In this document: piece by piece, positions 54,456 to 63,700 of the stretch
Layout of the letters: each line of letters begins with the position of its first letter
Numbering within the stretch: position 1 is the stretch's first letter
Source: an uncultured Solirubrobacterales bacterium
GTDB lineage: Bacteria; Actinomycetota; Thermoleophilia; Solirubrobacterales; JBBDJG01
Length of the DNA stretch: 64,000 nucleotides
Assembly (NCBI GenBank): GCA_963724065.1
Contig: CAVRTB010000002.1
Coordinates: 116,073-180,072 of the forward strand
Reading direction: 5' to 3'
Notes under the pieces: generated by a model
Database searches by the model: none
Told to the model about the DNA's origin: nothing
What the model saw: the letters and a program-made list of their open reading frames with translations, nothing else
Position numbers and translations under genes: made by a program

Positions 54456-55379
54456 CTAGCCTGCCATCAGATGCCTGCGCAGCATCGCGGTGACGCGATG
54501 GGGCTCGTCGACCACCTGGTGCCACCCGATCCGCCGGACGTGCCACCCTGCGAGGTCGAGATCGAGGTCGCGCGCCCGGTCGCGCGCGAGCGCAATTGGG
54601 TTGTCGTGCGTCACACGGCCGTCGGTCTCGACGATGAGGCCGTGGGCGCGCCAGTTGAAGTCGACCCGGTGCCCCTCCACCATCTCGTTCACACCGGGCG
54701 CGGGGAGCCCGGCGGCGCGCACGAGGGCGAGGAAGCGGCGCTCCAGCTCGCTGTTGACCGGCGCCGGCTCGCGCAGCCGCGCGACGAGACGCCGGAGCTC
54801 CGCAACGCCCCGTCGTCCCTGTGACCGCACGAGGACGGCATCGAGCGCCGTGAGGTCGAAGACTCCGACAACGAGCGACTGCTCCAACACACGCTCGAGA
54901 CCGCGCGGATCGACCGCGGCGAGGTCCACCAGCGTGCGGGCCGGTGTGGTGCAGGGGATCCCGTCCTTGACCGTGACCTCCGAAGGTGGGAGGTGCCGGG
55001 ACTGATGGATCGTGAACGGTGCGTCGATGTGCGCGCCGGCCGGCGCTGTCACCTCAACCCTGGCCGGCCATTGCCGCAGGTCCCAGAGAGCCGCGGCCGA
55101 TCTGTGGCTCGAGACCGCTCCGGCCCGGCATGCCAGCACGGCAGCCATGCATCGTCCGTATGCCGAAAGCGCTGCGGGACCTGCCGCGAACACCTTGTTG
55201 GCGACGGGACGAAGTCGCCGGACGGCGATGCGGTGCCGGATCGCCTTTTCACTCATTCCGATCGCGGTCAACTGACGGCGGTTGACGACACCGTGCTGCC
55301 GGGAGGCGAGCTCTGCGAGCCTCACGTCCACGTGAGGTGTAAGCGGTTTCCGCCCCTGTAGGGCGAGTTTCCGGTTCAC
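54456..55379 (-). CDS. DUF559 (Vsr-like endonuclease fold) protein with an AbiEi-antitoxin-like N-terminal wHTH (paralog of 29366-30253)
   Basis: SRQHGVVNRRQLTAIGMSEKAIRHRIAVRRL...KVFAAG at the N-terminus and ERRFLALVRAAGLPAPGVNEMVEGHRVDFNWRAHGLIVETDGRVTH...ARDRARDLDLDLAGWHVRRIGW at the C-terminus. Confidence 0.8.
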   Translation of the reverse strand: MNRKLALQGRKPLTPHVDVRLAELASRQHGVVNRRQLTAIGMSEKAIRHRIAVRRLRPVANKVFAAGPAALSAYGRCMAAVLACRAGAVSSHRSAAALWDLRQWPARVEVTAPAGAHIDAPFTIHQSRHLPPSEVTVKDGIPCTTPARTLVDLAAVDPRGLERVLEQSLVVGVFDLTALDAVLVRSQGRRGVAELRRLVARLREPAPVNSELERRFLALVRAAGLPAPGVNEMVEGHRVDFNWRAHGLIVETDGRVTHDNPIALARDRARDLDLDLAGWHVRRIGWHQVVDEPHRVTAMLRRHLMAG

Positions 55380-55445
55380 TTCCCCAGGGTGGCGCGGAGC
55401 GCGTGTCGCGAGTGCGGCGTACGGCGCGGCTTCGCGCCGCGGGCG

Positions 55446-56735
55446 TTACTTGTGGCGCACGGTCTCGCAGTTCGCGGTGCGCTCGCGACGGTCGACGAAC
55501 GCCGTGTCGTTGCCCGGACCGCAGTCGATGCGGTCGTGCTTGCCGCCGCCGAACGCGTGGACCACGTCATCGCCGTCGCCGCCGTAGACCACGTCGGGCC
55601 CCGTGTCGGGGCGCAGCTCGTCGTTGCCCGGGCCGCCGTCGAGCACGTCGGCCCCGCGGCCGCCCGAGAGGCGGTCGTCGCCCTCGTCGCCGTGCAGGTT
55701 GTCTGCCCCGCGGTTGCCGAAGACGGTGTCGTTGCCCGGGCCGGCGAGCACGGTGTCGTTGCCGCTCGAGCCCGGTACGTGATCGCCCCAGATGACGTCA
55801 TCGCCGCCGAGGCCCTGGATGTTGTCGTCGCCGCCACCGCCGAGCAGCGTGTCGTTCAGATCGGCGCCTACGAGCGTGTCGGCGCCGCCGCCGCCGATCT
55901 GCCGATAACCCTGCGCCGGGTCCGGCGGGGGCGGCGTCCCCTCCGTGACGACCTCGCAGTCGCGGAAGCGCGTCGCGCGCAGGTCGCGCCGGTCGACCGA
56001 GACGACGTCGTACCCGGCGCCGCAGGAGATGAGGCTCTCGGACAGCGCGCCGGTCGGCTCGACCGCGTTGATCTGGTCGTTACCCGCGCCCGCGTGGATC
56101 GTGTCGCGCCCGCTGCCGCCGATCAGGTAGTCGTCGCCCGGCCCGCCCTTCAGGCGGTCCTCGCCGGAGCCGCCGGCCACGTAGTCGTTGCCGGGGCCGC
56201 CGTTCATCCGGTCACCGGCCGGCCCGCCGTCGAGGCCATCGTTGCCGCCCCCGCCGAACCCGCGGTCGCGCCCGAACCCGCCGTGAATCGTGTCGTCGCC
56301 GGGTCCCCCGCGCAGACGGTCGTCGCCCGACTCGCCGAGCAGCACGTCATTGCCGCCGCCGCCGCGCATCCGGTCGCCCGCCGTCCCGCCCTCGAGGCGG
56401 TCGTTGCCCGCCTGCCCGAAGAGCCGGTCGCGCGCCTCCTCGCCGAGGACCGTGTCGTCGCCGCCGCCGCCGCCGAGCGTGTCTCGCCCCGTGCCGCCAC
56501 GCAGCACGTCGTTGCTCCCCATGCCGAAGAGCCGGTCGGCGGACCGGCCGCCGAACATCGCGTTCGGAAGCGCGTTGCCGCGCATCCGGTCCTTTCCGCT
56601 GGACCCCGAGTAGGTGAGGCGCAGCGCATGTGCTGCCGGAATCAGGGTCGTCGCGAGGACCGCCAGTGCCAACGCACAGGCAGCGGCAAGCCGCGCAGCG
56701 GCATGCATGCTCGGATGGGGTCCGGTAGCTCGCAT
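55446..56735 (-). CDS. Secreted RTX-type calcium-binding repeat protein
   Basis: ATG 56735 gives the signal peptide MRATGPHPSMHAAARLAAACALALAVLATTLIPAAHA. Two blocks of GGxGxD repeats follow (GGGGNDVLLGESGDDRLRGGPGDDTIHGG...). Each block is closed by a Cys-bracketed cap (CGAGYDVVSVDRRD...CEVV and CGPGNDTAFVDRRE...CETV). Confidence 0.85.
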   Translation of the reverse strand: MRATGPHPSMHAAARLAAACALALAVLATTLIPAAHALRLTYSGSSGKDRMRGNALPNAMFGGRSADRLFGMGSNDVLRGGTGRDTLGGGGGDDTVLGEEARDRLFGQAGNDRLEGGTAGDRMRGGGGNDVLLGESGDDRLRGGPGDDTIHGGFGRDRGFGGGGNDGLDGGPAGDRMNGGPGNDYVAGGSGEDRLKGGPGDDYLIGGSGRDTIHAGAGNDQINAVEPTGALSESLISCGAGYDVVSVDRRDLRATRFRDCEVVTEGTPPPPDPAQGYRQIGGGGADTLVGADLNDTLLGGGGDDNIQGLGGDDVIWGDHVPGSSGNDTVLAGPGNDTVFGNRGADNLHGDEGDDRLSGGRGADVLDGGPGNDELRPDTGPDVVYGGDGDDVVHAFGGGKHDRIDCGPGNDTAFVDRRERTANCETVRHK

Positions 56736-57008
56736 GGTGGCCAAGCCTTCTGTGTGTGGCTGCCGCCTACGAGGTGAGCTGACGGGCTCGCGCTCCATCT
56801 CCGAAAAGGATCTGGTTGCGCGTCGGCCACCGATGTGGCCGATTAGCCCCCGGCCGCGGCGAACCGCGACCAATTGGTTCCCCCGCTCCGCAGCGCCAAG
56901 GGCGACCGCGAACTCGGCGGCGAGGTGAGCGGCATTAAAGCAGCCGCGGGTGGCGGAAAAGTCACGCGGACTTTGTAACTTATCGCTCTTTGCGAGAAAT
57001 TCGCAGCG

Positions 57009-57632
57009 CTACTGCGGCTCCCGCCACATCCTCCAGAGGGGCGGGCCCTCGTCTGGAAGGCGGAACTCCTCCGTCACTTGGAAGCCGTGGCGCAGGTATA
57101 GGTCGCGGCTGCGGGGTGAGCCTGCGTTCAGGTAGGCGGGCATCCGCTCCGCGTCGCAGCGCTCGAGCACGGGGCGCATCAGCGCCGACCCGAGACCCCT
57201 CCCCTGCCGCTGGGGCTCGACTCCCAGCGAGTCGAGGTAGTAGTGCCCCGCGCGCGGGTGGCCCGCCTCCATCACGGTGAGCCCGCGCTGGGCGTGCCCG
57301 AGACTGCGGCCGAAGACCCGCAGCATGCCGGGCAGCAGCGCGACCTGGTCGACGACCCCCAGCCGCCAGTTCCCCGGCGGCACCCACAACGCCCCGCCGC
57401 CCAGCTCTTCGGTCGTGTAGCAGTAGTCACGGGCGATGTGGACCCGGCGCAGCATCACGTCGAACAGCCGGCGCGCACGCTCGACCCGCGTCTCGGGGTC
57501 GGGCAGGAACCAGCGCATCGGCGGGTCCCCGTCGAACGCCCGCGCGAGCGCCTCCGCCAGTCGCGGCACGTCCTCCATCCTCGCCTTGCGGACCGCCTCG
57601 CCGGACACCCGGCCGGCGGGAGCGCCTACCAC
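57009..57632 (-). CDS. GNAT-family N-acetyltransferase
   Basis: Acetyl-CoA motif GVEPQRQGRGLGSALMRPVLE and the C-terminal YLRHGFQV. Confidence 0.85.
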   Translation of the reverse strand: MVGAPAGRVSGEAVRKARMEDVPRLAEALARAFDGDPPMRWFLPDPETRVERARRLFDVMLRRVHIARDYCYTTEELGGGALWVPPGNWRLGVVDQVALLPGMLRVFGRSLGHAQRGLTVMEAGHPRAGHYYLDSLGVEPQRQGRGLGSALMRPVLERCDAERMPAYLNAGSPRSRDLYLRHGFQVTEEFRLPDEGPPLWRMWREPQ

Positions 57633-57853
57633 TTGCTGTCGGAGTCCTTCGTGAAGGTCCGCTTGCGGGTCGGATATCTGCGGTTGTTGACGGCGATGGC
57701 GGTACCGATCACGGTGACCAGGATGCCGCCGAGCACGACCCAGTCCTCCCAGCCGTCGACCACGCTGGTGACGGCAGCGACGACCAGCACGACGCCGAGC
57801 AATGTGACCACTATCGCTTGCAACCAGAGCGGGAAGCGCAAATACTCCTCCAC
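57626..57853 (-). CDS. Small two-TM membrane protein
   Basis: LWLQAIVVTLLGVVLVVAAVTSVV and WVVLGGILVTVIGTAIAV, followed by a basic tail. Its 3' end overlaps the GNAT start by 7 nt. Confidence 0.5.
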   Translation of the reverse strand: MEEYLRFPLWLQAIVVTLLGVVLVVAAVTSVVDGWEDWVVLGGILVTVIGTAIAVNNRRYPTRKRTFTKDSDSKW

Positions 57854-57909
57854 GTCCTCGGGGAGGCCATCATAACCGCGCCACCATCCAACACCCCGGC
57901 GGCAGGAGG

Positions 57910-58353
57910 ATGAGGCAGATGATCCAGAAGGTCGCCGTCGGCACCGACGGCTCGGAAACCGCAGGCAAGGCCGTCGACTTCGCGTCCGACGTGGCCGAGA
58001 AGTTCGGCGCCACCCTCGTGATCTGTAGCTCCTACAAGCCCGTCAGCGAGGACAAGGTCCGGCGCGACCAGCGCGAGGCTCCGGAGGACATCCAGTGGTC
58101 GATCAACCCCACACAAGAGGTCGACGCGACACTCGACCAGGCCGCAAAGCGGGCGCGGGGCCGCGGCATCGAGACCGTCACCGAGGCGCGTGAGGGCGAC
58201 CCGGCCGACGTGCTCGTCGGCATCGCGGAGGCGCACGGCGCCGACCTGCTGGTCGTCGGCAACAAGGGCATGGACCGCCGCGTGCTCGGCAGCGTGCCCA
58301 ACAGCGTCTCGCACAAGGCCCCCTGCTCGGTGGTGATCGTAAAGACGACGTAA
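57910..58353 (+). CDS. Universal stress protein (UspA family)
   Basis: KVAVGTDGSETAGKAV...ADLLVVGNKGMDRRVLGSVPNSVSHKAPCSVVIVKT. Confidence 0.9.
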   Translation: MRQMIQKVAVGTDGSETAGKAVDFASDVAEKFGATLVICSSYKPVSEDKVRRDQREAPEDIQWSINPTQEVDATLDQAAKRARGRGIETVTEAREGDPADVLVGIAEAHGADLLVVGNKGMDRRVLGSVPNSVSHKAPCSVVIVKTT

Positions 58354-58354
58354 C

Positions 58355-58768
58355 GTGCAGGAGGCGATGTCCGACATCCTCGAGCAGCTCAAGGGCTCGT
58401 ACGCGGCGCTGAACCGGCGTGACATCGACGGCACGGTCGCGGTCCTCGACGAGGACGCGAGCTGGGTCGAGCACTCGGACCTGCCCGAGGCGGGGAGCTA
58501 CCGCGGCCGCGAGACGATCCGCGCGTTCCTCGAGCACTTCCTCGACTCGTGGGACGACTTCGAGCAGCAGATCGAGGACGCGCGCGAGGAGGACGGCTGC
58601 GTGCTGCTCTTCATCCGGCTGAACGCCCGTGGCAAGGGAAGCGGCATCGACGTCGAGTCGCGTTATGCCCACCTCTGGCTGATGCGCGAAGGGCGCGGCG
58701 TGCGCGTCGACGCCTACTACGACCGCGAGTCCGCGCTAGCGGCGCTGCGCGCCGCTCGTCCCGGCTGA
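58355..58768 (+). CDS. SnoaL/NTF2-like fold protein
   Basis: LKGSYAALNRRDIDGTVAVLDEDASWVE...YRGRETIRAFLEHFLDSWDDFEQQIED...GKGSGIDVESRYAHLWLMREGRGVRVDAYYDRESAL. The start may be the internal ATG (MSDILEQ). Confidence 0.8.
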   Translation: MQEAMSDILEQLKGSYAALNRRDIDGTVAVLDEDASWVEHSDLPEAGSYRGRETIRAFLEHFLDSWDDFEQQIEDAREEDGCVLLFIRLNARGKGSGIDVESRYAHLWLMREGRGVRVDAYYDRESALAALRAARPG

Positions 58769-59557
58769 TCCCGCGACCCCGACGAGCAGCACCGACACGG
58801 CGAACGCGACGAACGCCCACGCCTCCCCGCCGTTGAAGTCCCCGCCGAACACCGCCGCGGCGAGCAGCTCGAGGGCGCCGAGCGCGGCATAGGCGTACGC
58901 GGCCCCGCGGAAGCGCTCGAGGCGGTTGTCCGCGACCGCGAACGCGGCGGCCGCGCCGAAGCCGATCAGGAAAGAGCCGAGCGCCCGCGCGGTGAGCGGC
59001 GTGAGCAGCCATGGCCAGATCGAGTCCGCGCTCGCGGGTGACACCCACAGCGCGACCCCGATCCCGAGCATCACGAGCGCCTGCACCGCGAGCACCGCGC
59101 GCAGGACGCCCGGCACCGCGGTGAAGACGAGCTCGCGCGGGCCCGCAGGCACGGCGAGCTGGCGCCGGACCAGCACGGCGAGCGCAACCGGAAGCGAGCA
59201 GTACACGACGAGCCAGAACCAGCCAAACAGCGAATCGAGGTCGAACTTGTCGAGATGCGCGAGGGTCGCCGCGAGCAGTAGGACGGCGATCGTCGTGACG
59301 GGCACCATCGTCGGCACCGCTTCCTCCCAGGTCTCGCGCCGCGCGGTCCAGCCGATCAGGACGAACGCGGCCCAGTAGGCGGCGCCCAGGAACGCGGCCG
59401 TCAGCGGCGGCGCGATCGTCCACGAGAAGAAGCGGTCGGTCTCCTCGGCGAGCGGGAACAGGAGGAAGCCGGCGACGAGCGCGAGCGCCGCGAACGCGCC
59501 CAGCAGGACGCGCAGCTCCGAGGTCAGAGGGCGTGCCGTGGTGCTCACGGCACGCAC
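58736..59557 (-). CDS. Integral membrane protein (about 8 TM), unknown function
   Basis: Hydrophobic helices throughout (LLGAFAALALVAGFLLFPL, AAFLGAAYWAAFVLIGW, FGWFWLVVYCSLPVALAVLV, ...). Converges with the upstream + gene and overlaps it by 33 nt. Confidence 0.7.
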   Translation of the reverse strand: MRAVSTTARPLTSELRVLLGAFAALALVAGFLLFPLAEETDRFFSWTIAPPLTAAFLGAAYWAAFVLIGWTARRETWEEAVPTMVPVTTIAVLLLAATLAHLDKFDLDSLFGWFWLVVYCSLPVALAVLVRRQLAVPAGPRELVFTAVPGVLRAVLAVQALVMLGIGVALWVSPASADSIWPWLLTPLTARALGSFLIGFGAAAAFAVADNRLERFRGAAYAYAALGALELLAAAVFGGDFNGGEAWAFVAFAVSVLLVGVAGSAGTSGAQRR

Positions 59558-59605
59558 TCTAGAACGCTGCAGGAGCGCGGCTGTGCCGCGCCCCCGTCAG
59601 CGCAA

Positions 59606-60481
59606 CTAACCCGCCATCGCGGTGCCGGTGAACGCGCACGCGGCGGTGCCGCCGAACGCGTCGGCCTCCTCGCCGAGGAAGGTCGCCGACACGCTCACGC
59701 CCGCGGGCGTCGTGTAAACGATCGTCCCCTGCGAGCCGTCATCGTTCTGGGCGAGCAGCGAGAAGTTCTCACCCGGGTTGAGGTCGTTGTCCTGGCGGTA
59801 GAAGGGCACATTGCCCGGGTCCTTGTTCCACGACACGTGCAGCGTCGCGTGCGCGATCGTCGACGCGGCACGCACGTCGAGGTCCGGCCCGGCGCCGCAA
59901 GTCGCCGACAGCACGAGCCCGCCGAGGTCGAGCACGCGCGTCGCCGCGGTGTTGATCGGCGCGCGGAAGTCGATCTTCCCGGCGTGCAGGCCGTCGAGGC
60001 GATCGGCGTTCAGACCGGTCGCCACTCCCGTGGCGTTGGTCGTGAACGGCTTCCCGGCGTCGGTCTTCGTCTCGATGCGCCCGGCCTCGTCGCCGCCCGT
60101 CTCGAACTCGAAGGCGCGGCCCGCGGCGAGGTTGTTCGCCCTCACGCATGCCTCACGGCCGAGGCTCGACCGGCAGCCATAGATCGCGCCGCCGCCGTTG
60201 CCGTCGCGGGTGTTCGACTGGCGCGTCCCGTAGGTCTTGGTCGAGGAGATCAGCTGCGTCTCGCGCTTGGCCGTCCCGCTGCTGGGGTTGCGCTTTCCCT
60301 CACGCAGCACGTTTCCCGTGGCGCCCACCGCGAAGGGCGACACCACGAGGGCGAGCACCACCGCGCTCGCGAGCACGTAACGTCCCTGGCCTGCCGGCCC
60401 GCGGCGCGGGCGCCTGGCCGTCGCGACGTAGCGGTCGACCGCCTCCGTCCAGTCTCGGTCATCCTGTCTGTTGCTCGGCAT
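59606..60481 (-). CDS. Secreted/membrane-anchored hypothetical protein
   Basis: GGAGGAAGG Shine-Dalgarno sequence. N-terminal basic region followed by the anchor YVLASAVVLALVVSPFAVGA. The remainder is rich in Gly, Thr, Ala and Asn. No family recognised. Confidence 0.65.
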   Translation of the reverse strand: MPSNRQDDRDWTEAVDRYVATARRPRRGPAGQGRYVLASAVVLALVVSPFAVGATGNVLREGKRNPSSGTAKRETQLISSTKTYGTRQSNTRDGNGGGAIYGCRSSLGREACVRANNLAAGRAFEFETGGDEAGRIETKTDAGKPFTTNATGVATGLNADRLDGLHAGKIDFRAPINTAATRVLDLGGLVLSATCGAGPDLDVRAASTIAHATLHVSWNKDPGNVPFYRQDNDLNPGENFSLLAQNDDGSQGTIVYTTPAGVSVSATFLGEEADAFGGTAACAFTGTAMAG

Positions 60482-60708
60482 CCTTCCTCCTTACGGCGCG
60501 ATTTCTCCCCCTGTGCGGGCAAGTTAGAGAGAGGTTCGCCGGAGTGCGCCGGTCGCCTGCGCGTGCAACACGACACCCGAGTCAGGGGCTTGGGCCCCAC
60601 CGGCGTCGGCGCGCATGTCCGAACGTTGGCGATGTACACCCACCCCCCGGGTGCGGATTGCCAAGGTTCGGGTCGTCGGCCGGCGTGACGCCGCGGGTTC
60701 GGAATGAA

Positions 60709-61293
60709 TCATCTAGGTCGTGGCGCCACCTCGATACTCCCCAGCACGACCGGAGCCAGCAGGCGCCTGATCAGCAGCCCGCCGTTCGCCCACAGGGCGG
60801 GCAGCCACATCGGGATCCCGGCGACGTCGGGGTGCGCATAGTCGAAGGCGCCGGTGCCGAGGATCGCGATCTCGCCGAGCGGCCCGAGCAGCGCCGCCGC
60901 CAGCGCGTAGACCAGGTCGCCGCGCAGCGGGGCGAGCACGAGGCGCCCGGCGACCAGCCCCAGGAGGCCGGCGGTCACCCACGGCGCGCCGTCCCCGTCC
61001 CACAACGCCGTCGCGCCGTAGGCGGCCGCGAACAGCAGCAGCTCCGCCGCGCGCCGCGCGACCCCGAGCGGGGGGAACACCGGCGGCCCGACCGCACGCT
61101 CGATCCACGGGATCGCGATGCCCGCCGCGACTCCGGCGAGCCCGAACTCGATCGGCACGAACCAGGCCCAGTCACCGAAGGACTCGGTTTCATAGGAGAG
61201 CACGTCGCCGAGGAGGTGGATGCCGTCGAGCGCGGTGCCCACGAGCGCGCCGATCGCGAAGCAGGTTGCGAGGCTGCGGGCGGGTGGCATCAA
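60709..61293 (-). CDS. Integral membrane protein (about 5 TM), unknown function
   Basis: Hydrophobic helices (LATCFAIGALVGTALDGI, WFVPIEFGLAGVAAGIAIPWI, LLLFAAAYGATAL, VTAGLLGLVAGRLVLAPL, VYALAAALLGPLGEIAILG). Confidence 0.7.
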   Translation of the reverse strand: MMPPARSLATCFAIGALVGTALDGIHLLGDVLSYETESFGDWAWFVPIEFGLAGVAAGIAIPWIERAVGPPVFPPLGVARRAAELLLFAAAYGATALWDGDGAPWVTAGLLGLVAGRLVLAPLRGDLVYALAAALLGPLGEIAILGTGAFDYAHPDVAGIPMWLPALWANGGLLIRRLLAPVVLGSIEVAPRPR

Positions 61294-61386
61294 GCGCAGT
61301 ATCGATGCTCCCGGATTCCGCTAGGGTCCGCCCGCTTGGCTGAACCGCAGACCATCCCGCAGCGACCGACCGCGACCGGCGGGGAC

Positions 61387-62904
61387 ATGCGACCCTTGCC
61401 GGTGCCGGAGCTGTTCGCGTTTCTCGGGAGCGGCTCGCTGCTCGTGCTGGAGATCGTCGCGGCGCGCATCATCGCGCCCAACGTGGGCGTCTCGCTGTAC
61501 ACGTGGACGTCGGTGATCGGCGTCGTGCTCGCCGGCCTCACGCTCGGGAACTGGCTGGGCGGCAGGCTTGCCGACCGCCGCCCGGGGCGCACGACACTCT
61601 CCGCGCTCTACCTGGGAGCTGCCGCGGCCACGGCGCTGATCCTGTTCTTCGCGCGCGACGTGAACGCGTTCACGGCCCCCAGCTCGTGGGCGGCGATTCT
61701 CCAGGTGCTGTGGATCACCACGATCATGTTCTTCCTGCCGTCGGTGCTGCTCGGCACGCCGACCCCGATGATCGTGAAGCTCTCGCTGAACTCGCTCGAC
61801 AACACGGGGCGGGTCGTCGGCCGGATCCAGGCGTTCGCGACGGCCGGGAGCATCCTGGGCGTGTTCCTGACGGGCTTCGCGCTGATCTCGTGGTTCGGCA
61901 CGCGCGCGATCGTCGCCGGGATCGTGGTGCTGCTCCTGATCCTCGCCGCGCTCAGCCACCCGTACCTGACGGACACGAACAGGGTGGTTGCGGCGGTGCG
62001 CCGCCAGCCCGCGCTGGGGATCGTTCCGGCGGTGGTCCTGGTCGCCGCGCTCACGCTCGCGATGACAGCGGAGAGCAAGTGCATCAAGGAGAGCAACTAC
62101 TTCTGCATCGACGTCGGGCCGGATGCGACGGGCCTCAACAAGGAGCTGCGGCTCGACCTCCTGATCCACGGCATCGTCAACCCGCAGAATCCCGCGGAAC
62201 TGATCTATCCGTATGAGCGGCTCTACCAGCAGGTGACGGAGTCGGCGTTCCCGAAGCGCGGCGAGATCAGCTCCTTCCAGATCGGCGGCGGCACCTATTC
62301 GTTTCCCCGGTATCTCGCCGCCAACTACGACGCGAAGTCGATCGTCGCGGAGATCGATCCCGCGGTCACGGACGTCGCGCGCTCGCACCTGGGGCTGCGC
62401 GACTCGCCGGAGATCGAGATCCAGCATGAGGACGCGCGGCTCGAGCTGAACGAGCGGCCCGACGGCGAGCGCTACGACCTGGTGCTCGGTGACGCCTTCA
62501 ACGACATCGCGGTGCCGTACCACCTCACCACCGAGGAGTTCAACGAGCGAGTGGCCGACCACCTCTCGCCCCGCGGGCTCTACCTGATCAACGTGGTGGA
62601 CGGCAAGGACTACGACTTCCTGCGCTCGTTCATGGCCACCCTCACGAAGACCTTCAGCGACATCGGCCTGATGACGGTGCCCGGCCAGCAGGTCCAGGGC
62701 GAGCGGGCGACGTTCGTGGTCGTGGCCGCCGACCACGAGCTCCCCCGCCTGCAGACGATCGCCGGACTCGAGCGGCTGCGGCCGTTCCTCGAGGAGAAGG
62801 ACACCGTCGAGCTGACCGACGACCACGTGCCGGTCGACCAGTTGCTGGCGCCCGTTTACGGCGAGAGTCTCGAGGAGCACTCCGGCGGGGAGCCCGAGGA
62901 GTAG
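61387..62904 (+). CDS. Fused membrane domain/spermidine-synthase-like aminopropyltransferase-fold protein
   Basis: ATG 61387 is followed by ~7 TM helices. The C-terminal class I methyltransferase-like domain has YDLVLGDAFNDIAVPYHLTTEEFNERVADHLSPRGLYLINV. The upstream part of the 60148 ORF is Arg/Pro-rich and overlaps minus-strand genes. Confidence 0.85.
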   Translation: MRPLPVPELFAFLGSGSLLVLEIVAARIIAPNVGVSLYTWTSVIGVVLAGLTLGNWLGGRLADRRPGRTTLSALYLGAAAATALILFFARDVNAFTAPSSWAAILQVLWITTIMFFLPSVLLGTPTPMIVKLSLNSLDNTGRVVGRIQAFATAGSILGVFLTGFALISWFGTRAIVAGIVVLLLILAALSHPYLTDTNRVVAAVRRQPALGIVPAVVLVAALTLAMTAESKCIKESNYFCIDVGPDATGLNKELRLDLLIHGIVNPQNPAELIYPYERLYQQVTESAFPKRGEISSFQIGGGTYSFPRYLAANYDAKSIVAEIDPAVTDVARSHLGLRDSPEIEIQHEDARLELNERPDGERYDLVLGDAFNDIAVPYHLTTEEFNERVADHLSPRGLYLINVVDGKDYDFLRSFMATLTKTFSDIGLMTVPGQQVQGERATFVVVAADHELPRLQTIAGLERLRPFLEEKDTVELTDDHVPVDQLLAPVYGESLEEHSGGEPEE

Positions 62905-62935
62905 GGCCGGGCGCGCATCGGCGATAGTTGCCGGG

Positions 62936-63334
62936 ATGCCGCCACCGAACGCCGAGATCGTCCGCACCGGCTACGAGGCCTGGAATCGCGGCGACCGCGA
63001 AGCTCTGTTCGGCGCGTTGGACCCGGAGATCGAGTGGCGGCTCCCCGACAGCGGGATGAACACCGGGACGTACCGCGGCCACGAGGGCGTCGGAGAGCTG
63101 ATCGAGAGCTACCTCGAGGCGTTCGAGCACTTCACCGTCGAGGTCGAGCAGGTCTTCGAGGCCGGCGACAGGGTCGTCGCGTTCGTGCGTGCCTCCGCGC
63201 GGGGAAAGGCCAGCGGGGTCGACGTCGAGACCCGCCCCGCGCACCTCTGGACGCTACGCGCAGGGAGGGCCGTGCGGATGGAGGTCTTCCCCGCGCGCGA
63301 CCAGGCCCTGGAGGCCGCGGGAATCGCCGGCTAG
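62936..63334 (+). CDS. SnoaL/NTF2-like fold protein (paralog of 58355-58768)
   Basis: IVRTGYEAWNRGDREALFGALDPEIEW...YRGHEGVGELIESYLEAFEHFTVEVEQ...GKASGVDVETRPAHLWTLRAGRAVRMEVF. Confidence 0.8.
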   Translation: MPPPNAEIVRTGYEAWNRGDREALFGALDPEIEWRLPDSGMNTGTYRGHEGVGELIESYLEAFEHFTVEVEQVFEAGDRVVAFVRASARGKASGVDVETRPAHLWTLRAGRAVRMEVFPARDQALEAAGIAG

Positions 63335-63336
63335 AA

Positions 63337-63564
63337 CCTGAAGCCGGATGGCGAGCACGATTCGAGGTCGACGGCACGGTCATCGATGCCCCAGCCGGCA
63401 CGTTCATCAACGCCTCCGACGTTGCCACACCGCGATCGGCCATCGCCGCAGAGGACAACACCGTTGTGCTCGTCATCGGCGCAGAACCTGGCGCTCCATT
63501 CGAAATCACATCGGCAGAACGTGAGGAGATGGCCGGGGCCGGCGTGTCCGTGCGCCCGGCGTGA
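63337..63564 (+). pseudogene. Possible 5'-truncated cupin-like gene fragment
   Basis: The open frame with no start codon reads ...RFEVDGTVIDAPAGTFINASDVATPRSAIAAEDNTVVLVIGAEPGAPFEI..., resembling the C-terminal half of a small cupin. It has noticeably more A/T-ending codons than the genes to its left. Confidence 0.3.
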
Positions 63565-63700
63565 CGCCGGCTACCCCCGCTCGATCAACTCGACCCGGTA
63601 CCCGTCCGGGTGCTGGACTGAAGTAGCTGACGACGCGCGATGCCAAGGAGTGACCAGAAGTCCAGCGACGACTGGTCGTAGCCGTGATACTGGGCGGACG

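Noticed and set aside
55389-56777. 462-aa plus-strand ORF opposite the RTX gene
   Set aside because: It translates to Ala/Val/Arg repeats that mirror the GGxGxD-coding repeats. The minus frame gives a signal peptide and canonical RTX units.
60148-61386. Long 5' extension of the spermidine-synthase-like ORF (918-aa ORF)
   Set aside because: The extension is Arg/Pro-rich and overlaps two well-formed minus-strand genes (59606-60481 and 60709-61293). The membrane domain begins at ATG 61387.
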